Positions 18,829 to 28,278 of a stretch of 46,937 nucleotides of DNA are shown piece by piece (the stretch's first letter is position 1; the number at the start of each line of letters is the position of its first letter). A program made the translations under genes and the position numbers. Source of the stretch: Wenzhouxiangella sp. (GTDB taxonomy: Bacteria > Pseudomonadota > Gammaproteobacteria > Xanthomonadales > Wenzhouxiangellaceae). The stretch covers positions 1-46,937 of the forward strand of contig SKQI01000010.1 in assembly GCA_007119095.1 (NCBI GenBank), written 5' to 3'. Below the pieces are notes generated by a model, which saw only the letters and a list, made by a program, of their open reading frames with translations, did not search any database and was not told the DNA's origin.

Positions 18829-20582
18829 CCAGGCCTTCCAGCGCAGGGCTTTACCGGCGCCTGCTGTCCTATGTCGTTCGTCATCGTCTGATCTTTGGCC
18901 TGGCACTGGCGGCGGTGGCACTGGATGCGGCCGGTCAAGGGCTGTTTTTCTACCTGCTGAGACCGCTGGTCGATGAAACCATTGCTGCACCGGACCCGAC
19001 CTTCAGCCTGTGGCTGCCGGGACTGGTGCTGGCGGCCGTGGTGCTTAGAATCGTCGGAAATTTCGGTGGCGTCTTCGGCATGGAGTGGGTTGGGCGTCGG
19101 CTGATTGCCGATCTGCGAGCCGACCTGTTTGGCCGCTACCTGGAGTTGCCTGCAAGTCATTTTGACCGCGAGTCTTCCGGTCAGATGATCTCCCGGGTTA
19201 CCTACAATGCCGAGCAAGTGGCGCAGGCAGCCACCACCGCACTGCTCGGCTCGGTGCGTGATGTCTTCACGGTGATTGCGTTGCTGACCGTGATGGTGAT
19301 CCAGTCCTGGCGTCTGACCTTGACCATGCTTTTGCTGGTTCCGGTGATTGCGCTGGTTGTAACCGTCATTTCGCGACGCTTTCGCCGCATATCCAGCCGC
19401 ATCCAGGAGTCCATGGGCGATGTCACCCATGTCACGGAGGAAGCGGTGGATGGCCATGAGGTGGTCAAGATTTTCGGCGCTCAGGCCCGTGAAAAATCGG
19501 CGTTCGAAGCGATCAACGAGGGCAACCGCCGTCTGCACCTAAGGCTGACCGCAACTCAGTTGGTCTCATCGTCCATGATCCAGCTTGCCGCCGGGCTGGC
19601 GGTGATTCTCCTGCTGGTGATTGCGGCCAGCGATTTCATGCGCGCTGAAGTGACCGCCGGGATCTTCATGTCGGTACTGGCCGCCATGGTCGCCTGCATA
19701 CCGCCCCTCAAGCGGTTGACCAAAATGCATGCCGTGATCGAGAAAGGCCTGGCTGCCGCCGACAGCATTTTCCAGGTCCTGGATGCCCCGGCCGAACCGG
19801 ACACCGGCAGTCACGATCCGGGGCGGGTTGCGGGTCGGATTGAATTCCAGTCGCTGGCCTTCAGCTATCCGAGTTCTGACCAGAAAGCGCTGAAAGACAT
19901 CAATCTGGTGATACCGGCAGGTAGCGTGACCGCCCTGGTCGGACGCTCCGGCTCGGGCAAGAGTACGCTGGTCAAGCTGCTGCCGCGTTTCTATCTGCCA
20001 GGTAGCGGTCGGATCTTGATTGATGGCCACGATATTGCCGACTTTCGACTGTCTGCGCTGCGCCGGCAGGTCGCCCTGGTCAGCCAGGATGTGGTGTTGT
20101 TCAACGATACGGTCGCCGGTAACATTGCCTACGGCGTCCCGGGGGAAATCAGCATCGAACGCGTTGTCGAAGCGGCCCGCCAGGCCCATGCCCTGGAGTT
20201 CATCGAGCGCTTGCCGCAGGGTTTCGAAACGCCGATTGGTGAAGATGGCTCCCTGTTGTCTGGAGGTCAGCGGCAGCGCCTGGCAATCGCCCGCGCGCTG
20301 CTCAAGAATGCCCCCATTTTGATTCTGGACGAGGCCACCTCGGCCCTGGATGCCGAGTCCGAGCGCGCCGTTCAGGCAGCGCTGGAAACGCTGATGGCCG
20401 ATCGCACCACTCTGGTCATTGCCCATCGCCTGGCGACCGTGCGCAAGGCCGATCAGGTGGTTGTTCTGGACCAGGGCCGAATCCAGGAGATCGGCAGCCA
20501 TGAGAGCCTGTTGGCGCGATCGGACGGACTCTATCACCATCTGCACCGGCTCCAGCTGCAGGACTCATCGGCGACTTCCTGA
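18825..20582 (+). CDS. msbA: lipid A export ABC transporter MsbA
   Basis: TMD plus NBD (GRSGSGKST, LSGGQRQR, DEATSALD); directly upstream of lpxK. Confidence 0.92.
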   Translation: MTRPSSAGLYRRLLSYVVRHRLIFGLALAAVALDAAGQGLFFYLLRPLVDETIAAPDPTFSLWLPGLVLAAVVLRIVGNFGGVFGMEWVGRRLIADLRADLFGRYLELPASHFDRESSGQMISRVTYNAEQVAQAATTALLGSVRDVFTVIALLTVMVIQSWRLTLTMLLLVPVIALVVTVISRRFRRISSRIQESMGDVTHVTEEAVDGHEVVKIFGAQAREKSAFEAINEGNRRLHLRLTATQLVSSSMIQLAAGLAVILLLVIAASDFMRAEVTAGIFMSVLAAMVACIPPLKRLTKMHAVIEKGLAAADSIFQVLDAPAEPDTGSHDPGRVAGRIEFQSLAFSYPSSDQKALKDINLVIPAGSVTALVGRSGSGKSTLVKLLPRFYLPGSGRILIDGHDIADFRLSALRRQVALVSQDVVLFNDTVAGNIAYGVPGEISIERVVEAARQAHALEFIERLPQGFETPIGEDGSLLSGGQRQRLAIARALLKNAPILILDEATSALDAESERAVQAALETLMADRTTLVIAHRLATVRKADQVVVLDQGRIQEIGSHESLLARSDGLYHHLHRLQLQDSSATS

Positions 20583-20585
20583 GCC

Positions 20586-21575
20586 ATGTTGCGCAGGCAC
20601 CTGGAGCAGCATTTCAACCGCGTCTGGTATCAACATGGGCGCGTGCCGCTGTTTTACCGTGCATTGGCCCAGGTCTATAAAACGTGGGTGAAACCGCGCT
20701 GCAAGCGACCGACGCTGACCGCACCGGTGCCGGTCATCGTGGTCGGTAATCTGACTGTGGGTGGGGGTGGCAAGACACCACTGGTGATTGCCCTGGCTCG
20801 TCATCTATCGTCTGCAGGCTATCAAGTGGCGGTCATCAGCCGTGGTTACGGCGGCCGTCGAAGGACTCTGCCATACCAGGTCCAGGCGAACGATACGGCC
20901 GCCATGGTCGGCGATGAGCCGCTGTTGATTGCCGAGCAGACCGGAGCTCCGGTCTGGGTCTGCAGCAAACGCTCAGAGGCCCTTGCTGCGGCAGTCAAGG
21001 CGGGTGTGAAGGTCGTGATCAGCGACGATGGTCTGCAGCATCTGGCACTGCCCAGGACGTTTGAAATTTGCCTGCTTGATGGTGCAAGAGGTTTTGGCAA
21101 CGGCGAGCTGTTGCCTGCCGGTCCGCTGCGGCAACCGCAAGACCGGCTTGCCGATGTCGATCTTGTCCTGGTCAAGGGGGAAGGTCAGGTTGCCGGTCAA
21201 GCCGTGAGGGTCGACCTGCTGCCGGAGCGAATCTCCCAGTTGGATGGCAGTGACAGCGAACCCCCGGATGCCTGGCAGGGCAGGGCCGTCCACGCCGTGT
21301 GCGGCATTGCCAATCCGTCCGGTTTTTTCCGGACGCTGGAGGCACTTGGCATGCAGATCAAGCCGCTGGCATTTCCCGATCACCATCCGTTCAAGGCCGA
21401 GGATTTTCACGGCCTGGCTGGGGCGGTGGTCGTTACGGCCAAGGATGCGGTCAAACTGCGCGCGCTTGGCCTTGATCGGTCTGTCCACGTGTTGCATGTC
21501 GGTATGAGCTTGCCTGCCGCTGTCACCACGGCGGTAGAAAAGCACCTGATGGAATGGAGTTCAGCCCATGAGTGA
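20586..21575 (+). CDS. lpxK: tetraacyldisaccharide 4'-kinase
   Basis: VPVIVVGNLTVGGGGKTP, SRGYG, GDEP, SDDGLQH, LLPAGPLR, FPDHH. Confidence 0.96.
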   Translation: MLRRHLEQHFNRVWYQHGRVPLFYRALAQVYKTWVKPRCKRPTLTAPVPVIVVGNLTVGGGGKTPLVIALARHLSSAGYQVAVISRGYGGRRRTLPYQVQANDTAAMVGDEPLLIAEQTGAPVWVCSKRSEALAAAVKAGVKVVISDDGLQHLALPRTFEICLLDGARGFGNGELLPAGPLRQPQDRLADVDLVLVKGEGQVAGQAVRVDLLPERISQLDGSDSEPPDAWQGRAVHAVCGIANPSGFFRTLEALGMQIKPLAFPDHHPFKAEDFHGLAGAVVVTAKDAVKLRALGLDRSVHVLHVGMSLPAAVTTAVEKHLMEWSSAHE

Positions 21576-22311
21576 CGATGATTTTCATATTCTGATTCCC
21601 GCGCGCCTGGATTCCACCCGGCTGCCACGCAAGGCGTTGGCGGATCTCGGTGGTCGGCCAATGGTGCTCAGAACGCTGGAGCGCGCGCTTTTGAGCGGTG
21701 CTGCCAGCGTCACCGTGGCCACGGATAGTGAGGAGATTGCCGGCGTCGTCGGCAAGGCCGGTGGCGCAGCTATTCTGACCGCCAGCAGTCATCGTTCGGG
21801 AACCGACCGGCTTGCCGAAGCAGTCGTTCAGCTGGAACTTGACGCAACCGCCGTGGTGGTCAACCTGCAGGGTGATGAGCCGGCCATGCCGGCCGCTTGC
21901 CTGCGGCAGGTAGCCGCCTTGCTGACGGAGGACGCCGCCGCCGACATGGCTACCCTTTGGCAGCCGCTGGCCGATGAAGCGCAGTGGCGCGACCCCAATG
22001 TCGTCAAGCTGGTGGCTGATGATGATCGGCGCGCCCTTTATTTCTCGCGCGCACCCATCCCGTGGCCTCGCAACGGCGGATGGCCGGCGGCTGAGGCGCG
22101 TCGACATGTCGGACTGTATGCGTATCGGGTTTCAGCCCTGAAGGCCTGGCGGGCATTGCCTCCAAGTCAGCTGGAAACGCTGGAATCCCTGGAGCAGCTG
22201 CGGGCGCTGGCGGCCGGATGGCGGATCGTCGTTGATCGAGCCCGCGCGGCCATTCCCGTCGGCATCGATACACCGGAGGATCTTGCCCGCTTCCGGGCCA
22301 TGCTGTCCTGA
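21568..22311 (+). CDS. kdsB: 3-deoxy-manno-octulosonate cytidylyltransferase
   Basis: IPARLDSTRLPRK, SGTDR, VNLQGDEP, ALYFSRAPIP, ESLEQLRAL, GIDTPEDL. Confidence 0.96.
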   Translation: MSDDDFHILIPARLDSTRLPRKALADLGGRPMVLRTLERALLSGAASVTVATDSEEIAGVVGKAGGAAILTASSHRSGTDRLAEAVVQLELDATAVVVNLQGDEPAMPAACLRQVAALLTEDAAADMATLWQPLADEAQWRDPNVVKLVADDDRRALYFSRAPIPWPRNGGWPAAEARRHVGLYAYRVSALKAWRALPPSQLETLESLEQLRALAAGWRIVVDRARAAIPVGIDTPEDLARFRAMLS

Positions 22312-22365
22312 CCGGGGTGCGGTAATATCCAGCGGTAAGTGTCCTGTTCGGAGACCTTTATACCC

Positions 22366-22830
22366 ATGAATTCCTATCTGTTTGTCTGTCTGGGCAATAT
22401 CTGCCGCAGCCCAACGGCAAAGGCGATGTTCGACTACAAATTCAAACAAGCCGGCATTGAGGTATTCACCGACTCGGCTGGCACCCTGAGTTATCACGTC
22501 GGCAAGGCGCCCGATCCGCGCGCCATCCGCCATGCCCAGGATTGGGGCATGGATATCAGTGATCAGCGAGCCCGACAGGTGACGGTGTCGGATTTTCGCC
22601 GCTTCGACCGTATCTTCGCCATGGACCAGAGCAATCTTCAGGATCTGCAGCGGATGCTGCCGCCGAATGCGACCGCCAGCGTCGAGCTGGTCATGAACCT
22701 GGCACCCGACTACGGCCTGCAGGAAGTGCCCGATCCTTACTATGGCGGTGACCAGGGTTTTGAGCAGGTGTTGGACATGCTGGAAACCGCGGCCAGCCGC
22801 CTGATCGAGGAGTTGGCCAGGTCGCGGTGA
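22366..22830 (+). CDS. low molecular weight protein-tyrosine phosphatase
   Basis: FVCLGNICRSP P-loop, DSAG, VPDPYYGG. Confidence 0.93.
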   Translation: MNSYLFVCLGNICRSPTAKAMFDYKFKQAGIEVFTDSAGTLSYHVGKAPDPRAIRHAQDWGMDISDQRARQVTVSDFRRFDRIFAMDQSNLQDLQRMLPPNATASVELVMNLAPDYGLQEVPDPYYGGDQGFEQVLDMLETAASRLIEELARSR

Positions 22831-24650
22831 GCGATTTCGACGGAAGAGCATTCGCACGCTCGTTGTCGACCGGGCCGGGCGTGTACCTGATGCGCGATGG
22901 GCGCGGGCAGGTGCTGTATGTCGGCAAGGCCCGCAACCTGAAGCGGCGTGTCGGCAGCTATTTCGACCGTCGTGACAAGGGCGCGCGCATCAACCTGATG
23001 GTGCGCAAGATCGCCAGCATGGAAGTCAGCCTCACCCGAACGGAAGCCGAGGCCTTGCTGCTGGAGAACGAGTGGATCAAATCGCATCGGCCACGATTCA
23101 ATATCAACCTGCGCGACGACAAGAGCTACCCCTGGATCCGCCTGGATACTTCGCACGAATACCCGAGGATCGGGTTCTATCGCGGCTCTCGCAAGCATCC
23201 GGGGCAGTATTTCGGCCCATTTTCCAGTGCCGGTGCTGTGCGCGAATCGCTCAACCAGATCTATCGTCTGCTGGGTTTGCGGCAGTGCCGTGACAGTGTC
23301 TTCGCCAATCGGACCCGACCGTGCCTGCAGTATCAGATCAATCGCTGCACCGCACCTTGTGTCGGTTATGTCAGCCGCGATGACTATGCGCGTGACGTCA
23401 AGGCGGCCGTCCAGTTCCTGAAAGGGCGCGATGAGGCCGTCATTGAGCTGCTAGGCGAGCGCATGGAACGCGCCAGCGCGGCGCTGGAGTTCGAAAAGGC
23501 CGCGCTGCTGCGCGACCAGATTCACAGCCTGCAACGGGTACGTTCAAGCCAGTACGTGGCCGATGGTGCCGAAGATCTGGATGTGATCGGCCTGCATCTG
23601 GCGTCCGGCCAGGCTGCGGTCCAGGTGGTTTCGTTTCGGCATGGGCGAAACGTGGGCGGGCGCAGCTTTTTCCCCGGCAATCTGCCTGAGGCGGCCGAGG
23701 AGGGGGAGATCATGGCCGCCTTTCTTGGTCAGTATTACGCCGAACGCATACCGCCGTCTGCGCTGATCCTGTCATCTGCACCGGACCAGGCCAGTCTGTG
23801 GAAGCAGGCACTGGCAAGCAGGCGCGAAGGCAAGGTTCATATGGTCTGGCGGGTCAAGGGTCAGCGCGCCAAATGGCTGCAAATGGCGCAGGCGAATGCC
23901 GAGGACGCACTCAGGCGGCGCCTGGCCGAACGCGACCAGGTTGGGCGCGGCCTGGATGAGTTGGCGGCATTGCTGAAGCTTGAACACACACCGGAACGGC
24001 TGGAGTGCTTCGATATCAGTCACATCTCGGGCACTGAAACGGTTGGCTCCTGCGTGGTATTCAGTGCAGAGGGGGCCCAGAAAGCGCAGTATCGTCAGTA
24101 CAACATAGAGGGCGTGGCGCCGGGGGATGACTATGCGGCCATGGAGCAGGTTCTGCGCAGGCGCTACAAGCGAATTGTCGAAGAAGGTGCGGAATTGCCC
24201 GACCTGCTGGTCATTGACGGCGGCAAGGGGCAGGTCGGTCGGGCGGAAACGGTGCTTGAGGAGCTTGGCCTGGATGCCTTGCCCATACTGGGAATTGCCA
24301 AAGGCCCGGCCCGTCGCGCCGGCCACGAGACCTTTGTCCTGCGCGGGCTGGAGGTTAAACCGGGTCCGCATCACCGTGCTTCCCACCTGGTCCAGCAGAT
24401 TCGTGACGAGGCCCATCGCTTCGCCATTCAGGCTCATCGCAAGCGCCGCCAGAAGCGGACCCAGGCATCTCCGCTGGAGCAGATTGCCGGGGTCGGGCCC
24501 CAGCGTCGCCAGCGGCTACTGAAGCACTTTGGTGGGTTGAAAGGCGTGTTGAAAGCCAGCCCGGAGGAGCTGGCCCGGGTGCCGGGCATCAGCGCGGCGC
24601 TGGCCGAGCGCATTGTCGAGCAGCTAAGGGATGTACCGAGGCCGGGGTGA
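22827..24650 (+). CDS. uvrC: excinuclease ABC subunit C
   Basis: PGVYLM..LYVGKARNLKRRV (GIY-YIG), FDISHISG, IDGGKGQ, IRDEAHRFA, C-terminal HhH. Confidence 0.97.
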   Translation: MSDFDGRAFARSLSTGPGVYLMRDGRGQVLYVGKARNLKRRVGSYFDRRDKGARINLMVRKIASMEVSLTRTEAEALLLENEWIKSHRPRFNINLRDDKSYPWIRLDTSHEYPRIGFYRGSRKHPGQYFGPFSSAGAVRESLNQIYRLLGLRQCRDSVFANRTRPCLQYQINRCTAPCVGYVSRDDYARDVKAAVQFLKGRDEAVIELLGERMERASAALEFEKAALLRDQIHSLQRVRSSQYVADGAEDLDVIGLHLASGQAAVQVVSFRHGRNVGGRSFFPGNLPEAAEEGEIMAAFLGQYYAERIPPSALILSSAPDQASLWKQALASRREGKVHMVWRVKGQRAKWLQMAQANAEDALRRRLAERDQVGRGLDELAALLKLEHTPERLECFDISHISGTETVGSCVVFSAEGAQKAQYRQYNIEGVAPGDDYAAMEQVLRRRYKRIVEEGAELPDLLVIDGGKGQVGRAETVLEELGLDALPILGIAKGPARRAGHETFVLRGLEVKPGPHHRASHLVQQIRDEAHRFAIQAHRKRRQKRTQASPLEQIAGVGPQRRQRLLKHFGGLKGVLKASPEELARVPGISAALAERIVEQLRDVPRPG

Positions 24651-24714
24651 CGGGAGCGCCATAGGCGGGAGCATTTGCGGGATAATGGCGTTATTGATTC
24701 TGGAGTAGAAGCCG

Positions 24715-25275
24715 TTGTCGCTGACCATCCCTACGCTGTTGACCCTGCTGCGCATCGTGATGATTCCGGTGCTGGTGCTGGTCTTCTATCTGCCGGTGGC
24801 GTGGGCAAACCTGGCAGCGGTCATTATTTTTGCCCTGGCGGCCATCACGGACTGGCTGGATGGCTGGGTGGCGCGCCGATTCGGGATGACCAGCACGTTC
24901 GGCGCCTTCCTGGATCCTGTGGCCGACAAATTGATGGTTGGCGTGTCGCTGATGATCATTGTCCAGGCGCACCCTGAAATCATCATCGCACTATCGGCGG
25001 CCACCATCATCGGTCGGGAGATCACCATTTCGGCCTTGCGCGAGTGGATGGCAGCGTTGGGCGAGGGCGCTCGGGTCAGGGTCGCATGGACCGGCAAGCT
25101 CAAGACCATATTGCAAATGATTGCCATCGGTTTCCTGCTCTACGGTGAGCCGCTCGGGCCGCTGCCTGTTCTCGCCATTGGCCGCTGGTTGCTGGTTGCG
25201 GCTGCCGTGCTGACCATCATTTCCATGTTTACTTACCTGCGTTCGGCCTGGCCGGCCATCCGGCAGCGCGGCTGA
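24715..25275 (+). CDS. pgsA: CDP-diacylglycerol--glycerol-3-phosphate 3-phosphatidyltransferase
   Basis: TTG start after GGAG; TDWLDGWVARR...FGAFLDPVADKL, GKLKT; follows uvrC. Confidence 0.95.
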   Translation: MSLTIPTLLTLLRIVMIPVLVLVFYLPVAWANLAAVIIFALAAITDWLDGWVARRFGMTSTFGAFLDPVADKLMVGVSLMIIVQAHPEIIIALSAATIIGREITISALREWMAALGEGARVRVAWTGKLKTILQMIAIGFLLYGEPLGPLPVLAIGRWLLVAAAVLTIISMFTYLRSAWPAIRQRG

Positions 25276-25299
25276 ATCAGTCAGTCCAGGAATCAAACC

Positions 25300-26115
25300 A
25301 TGTCGAAACACAAATCCCGGCCTCAAATGGCCGCTTTGGCGGACCGTCACGAGCTGTACGAGGCCAGCGTTCAAGATACGGAAACCGAACTCGAATTTGT
25401 TGCCGAAACGTTCGAAGACTTGACGGGTCGGCGCTTGAAGTTGATCCGCGAGGACTTCTGTGGCACCGCTAATACCGCTTGTGCCTGGGTGCGCAGTGGC
25501 TCTGATCATCAGGCGGTTGGTGTCGACCTCGATGGTGAGGTGCTGGCCTGGGGGCGGAACAAGCATCTGGCCCCGCTGTCACCGGACCAAAAGCGGCGCA
25601 TCAAGCTGATCCAGGATGACGTTTTAAGCGTCGACGCCGGTCAGTTCGATGCCGTATTGGCGATGAATTTCAGCTACTACTTGTTTGCAACACGGGCTAC
25701 CTTGCGTGGCTATTTTGAGCGTGTTCGCGAGGCCCTGGTCGATGGCGGCGTCCTGTTCCTTGATGCTTTCGGTGGTTACGATGCCCACCGTGAGCTGGAA
25801 GAGCGCACTGAATACGACGATTTCACCTACGTCTGGGATCAGGCCAGCTTTGACCCGATCAATCATTACATGACCTGCCAGATCCATTTCGAGTTTCCGG
25901 ACGGATCAAAGCTGGAGCGGGCTTTTGAGTACCACTGGCGGCTGTGGACGCTTCCGGAAATCAGGGAGTTGCTGCTGGAAGCTGGTTTTGGTTCTGCGAC
26001 GGTTTACTGGGAAGGCACCGACGAAGAGAACGGCGAGGGTGATGGGATTTACAGCCCCAGCGAGACGGGTGACGCGGACGCCGGCTGGATCTGCTACCTG
26101 GTCGCGCGCAGGTAG
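25300..26115 (+). CDS. class I SAM-dependent methyltransferase, substrate unknown
   Basis: LYEASVQ, LIREDFCGT motif I, GVDLD, DAVLAMNFSY, RLWTLPEIRELLLEAGF. Confidence 0.8.
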   Translation: MSKHKSRPQMAALADRHELYEASVQDTETELEFVAETFEDLTGRRLKLIREDFCGTANTACAWVRSGSDHQAVGVDLDGEVLAWGRNKHLAPLSPDQKRRIKLIQDDVLSVDAGQFDAVLAMNFSYYLFATRATLRGYFERVREALVDGGVLFLDAFGGYDAHRELEERTEYDDFTYVWDQASFDPINHYMTCQIHFEFPDGSKLERAFEYHWRLWTLPEIRELLLEAGFGSATVYWEGTDEENGEGDGIYSPSETGDADAGWICYLVARR

Positions 26116-26144
26116 CAGTCGCAAGGCGTCGAGTTGGGGGGTGT

Positions 26145-26165
26145 CAGCCTCTGATTCAGAGGCTG
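26145..26165. terminator. inverted repeat between convergent genes
   Basis: CAGCCTCTGA-T-TCAGAGGCTG perfect 10-bp inverted repeat. Confidence 0.5.
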
Positions 26166-26183
26166 TCCGGTTTGCAGTCAGGC

Positions 26184-27164
26184 TCAGAAGAAGGTGAATA
26201 CCTGGTCCAGCCAGCGATCCAAGCCTTCGAATTCTTCGACCGTGGCCGGTACAAACTGCTCGATATCCAGCTCGTGCAAAGCGCCGAAATGCTCACCATC
26301 CTCATGCAGAACGGTCAAGGCGGCTACGACGTCGCGCTGTACCGACACCGGAACCTCCGGGCTGGCGGCAATGCCGGAGTGGGGGAACGGATCTGATGTG
26401 CGAACAACCTCCATGTTGACGTAGCGTGCAACGAGGTTGTGCGGAACAATGGCAGCTTCGGCCTCCATTGAGAAAACGATCTCAACGGCATCCAGCCATG
26501 AACTGGCGTTGGATTGGATGATTGGTTGCTGCATCGGGTTGTCGTACCAGCTTGCCAGAATGAGGTAACCCAGGCTGGGTGCTGGCATGCTGGAAACCGG
26601 CCGGCCGATGAAGTCTGACAATTCGGCGTCGATATTCATGCCTGAAGTCAGCAGCGAAAACGTTCCCGGTTCGTCAGCTCGTACCAGCGGGTTATAGCCA
26701 TAGCGATTGATCCGCATCGAGATCAGGTGGGCGTCTTCCAGGACAAAATCAGGCTGTCCGCCGCGACGAATATCCAACCAGAAGCGATGAAAGTCTCGGG
26801 GAATCTGAAGTTCAAAGGAATGGGGTGTTGCTGCGTTCAGATAGTCGACCAGGGGACGGTAGACGCTTTCGGCCTGCTCGGGGATGAAGATGGGATGGGC
26901 CTGGATTCGATAAGTGCGCGGTTCTAGCGGCTCGTCGGCGGCGGGTTCAGGATCGACTGCGGGCTCGAGCTCGAGCAGTTCGGCCGGCGCTGGTTCCTCC
27001 TCTGTCTCTGGACTGACAGTCTCTATCTCTGGGCTGACAGTTGCCTCGATGACTTCGCTTTCATCGGATTCAATGGCAGTATCCGGGTCGATATCCTGAG
27101 CAAAAATCCAGGATGCGCAGAACAGGCCAATCAGACAAGTCAGCAGCTTCATCGAGAATTTCAT
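26184..27164 (-). CDS. secreted PhnD/phosphonate-binding-like (PBP2) protein with an acidic N-terminal extension
   Basis: Signal peptide MKFSMKLLTCLIGLFCASWIFA; Glu/Pro-rich linker; then YRPLVDYL..., SLGYL, FPHSGIAASPEVP resembling PhnD-like binding proteins. Confidence 0.6.
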   Translation of the reverse strand: MKFSMKLLTCLIGLFCASWIFAQDIDPDTAIESDESEVIEATVSPEIETVSPETEEEPAPAELLELEPAVDPEPAADEPLEPRTYRIQAHPIFIPEQAESVYRPLVDYLNAATPHSFELQIPRDFHRFWLDIRRGGQPDFVLEDAHLISMRINRYGYNPLVRADEPGTFSLLTSGMNIDAELSDFIGRPVSSMPAPSLGYLILASWYDNPMQQPIIQSNASSWLDAVEIVFSMEAEAAIVPHNLVARYVNMEVVRTSDPFPHSGIAASPEVPVSVQRDVVAALTVLHEDGEHFGALHELDIEQFVPATVEEFEGLDRWLDQVFTFF

Positions 27165-27230
27165 TCAACTTACCCCTTTAACTCAATGATTATGGGATGC
27201 TTTAGAGGATTGCATACCTTCTGGATAGTA

Positions 27231-28040
27231 TCACAGACTTTCTGGCGGCGCCATCTCGATGGGCTGGCTGAAATTGTCGGCCTGGGTCTGCAAGCTGGTG
27301 CCGGGTCCGATTTCCACGGGGCAGACGGCCAGACCTATCGTCTCTCCATCAATCACCAGGCTGTCAAGTACTGAACCCGCGTCCTTTTCGTTTCGATCGA
27401 GGAGTTTGGTGCCAGGGTCGGGCGGCGGGTTGTCTGTCGCTTCGGTTCGAAATCCCAGCAAGTGTCGTTTGACTTTACCCAGGTAATGCACGCGGGCAAC
27501 GATTTCCTGTCCTGGGTAGCAACCCTTTGTGTAACAAAGGCCCTGATTGTGCTCAAGGCCCAGGAATTGAGGGAGATGCTGCCCGGATGTGACTGGCTTA
27601 AGCCATGGCAGCGGGGTTTTGAAGTCAGCCTGTCGCCAGCGTTCGATGGCTGCCTGATCAATCGAAGCCCGGTCCGACACCAGTTGCAGACTGCGCGGGT
27701 ACGGGCCGGGTAGCGTAGCCGTTCCCGCAATGACCGATAGACTGCCTGAAACCGGACTCGGGGCTCCAAACTGCACTTCGTGACCGATGGCAAAGAGTTT
27801 TAGTCGATCGAGCTGATTTTTCTGGCTGTTTGGCAAGATCAGCTCGACTTCTCCTTCATTGAATCTTGCGAGAATAACAATGAGGCAACGGCCTTTGACA
27901 TCACACCACGCGCCTGGCTGCCAGGCGGCGGCCGTCAAAAGATTGGCATCGAACGTGAATTGAGCCTGGCAGAAACGCAGTGCATCCGGTCCACTGATCT
28001 TGATGCCGCATAGATGAGAAATATCGAAAATATTGATCAT
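27231..28040 (-). CDS. ygfZ: folate-binding Fe-S/tRNA-modification protein YgfZ
   Basis: KGCYPGQEIVAR signature; ISGPDALRFCQAQFT. Confidence 0.9.
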   Translation of the reverse strand: MINIFDISHLCGIKISGPDALRFCQAQFTFDANLLTAAAWQPGAWCDVKGRCLIVILARFNEGEVELILPNSQKNQLDRLKLFAIGHEVQFGAPSPVSGSLSVIAGTATLPGPYPRSLQLVSDRASIDQAAIERWRQADFKTPLPWLKPVTSGQHLPQFLGLEHNQGLCYTKGCYPGQEIVARVHYLGKVKRHLLGFRTEATDNPPPDPGTKLLDRNEKDAGSVLDSLVIDGETIGLAVCPVEIGPGTSLQTQADNFSQPIEMAPPESL

Positions 28041-28081
28041 TCCAACTTTGATAGATGACAGTCAGCGGGTACAATTAAGCA

Positions 28082-28249
28082 ATGTCGGATACAAAAACCA
28101 GCTCCGATTCCGGCTCGGCCGTTAAAACACAGAACCAGCCACCTCGGGAAAGTTCCAAGACGCCCAAAGAAATCGGCAGGCGCAAGGAAGCTCTGGAACC
28201 TACCCGCTATGGTGATTGGGAGAAAAACGGCCGCTGCATAGATTTTTGA
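28082..28249 (+). CDS. DUF1674 / SDHAF4 (Sdh8)-family succinate dehydrogenase assembly factor, 55 aa
   Basis: Below ORF-track cutoff. Manual translation MSDTKTSSDSGSAVKTQNQPPRESSKTPKEIGRRKEALEPTRYGDWEKNGRCIDF*; C-terminal EPTRYGDWE..GR..DF signature. Confidence 0.9.
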   Translation: MSDTKTSSDSGSAVKTQNQPPRESSKTPKEIGRRKEALEPTRYGDWEKNGRCIDF

Positions 28250-28278
28250 TTTCCTTCCAGTCTCAAGCGAGAAAAGCC

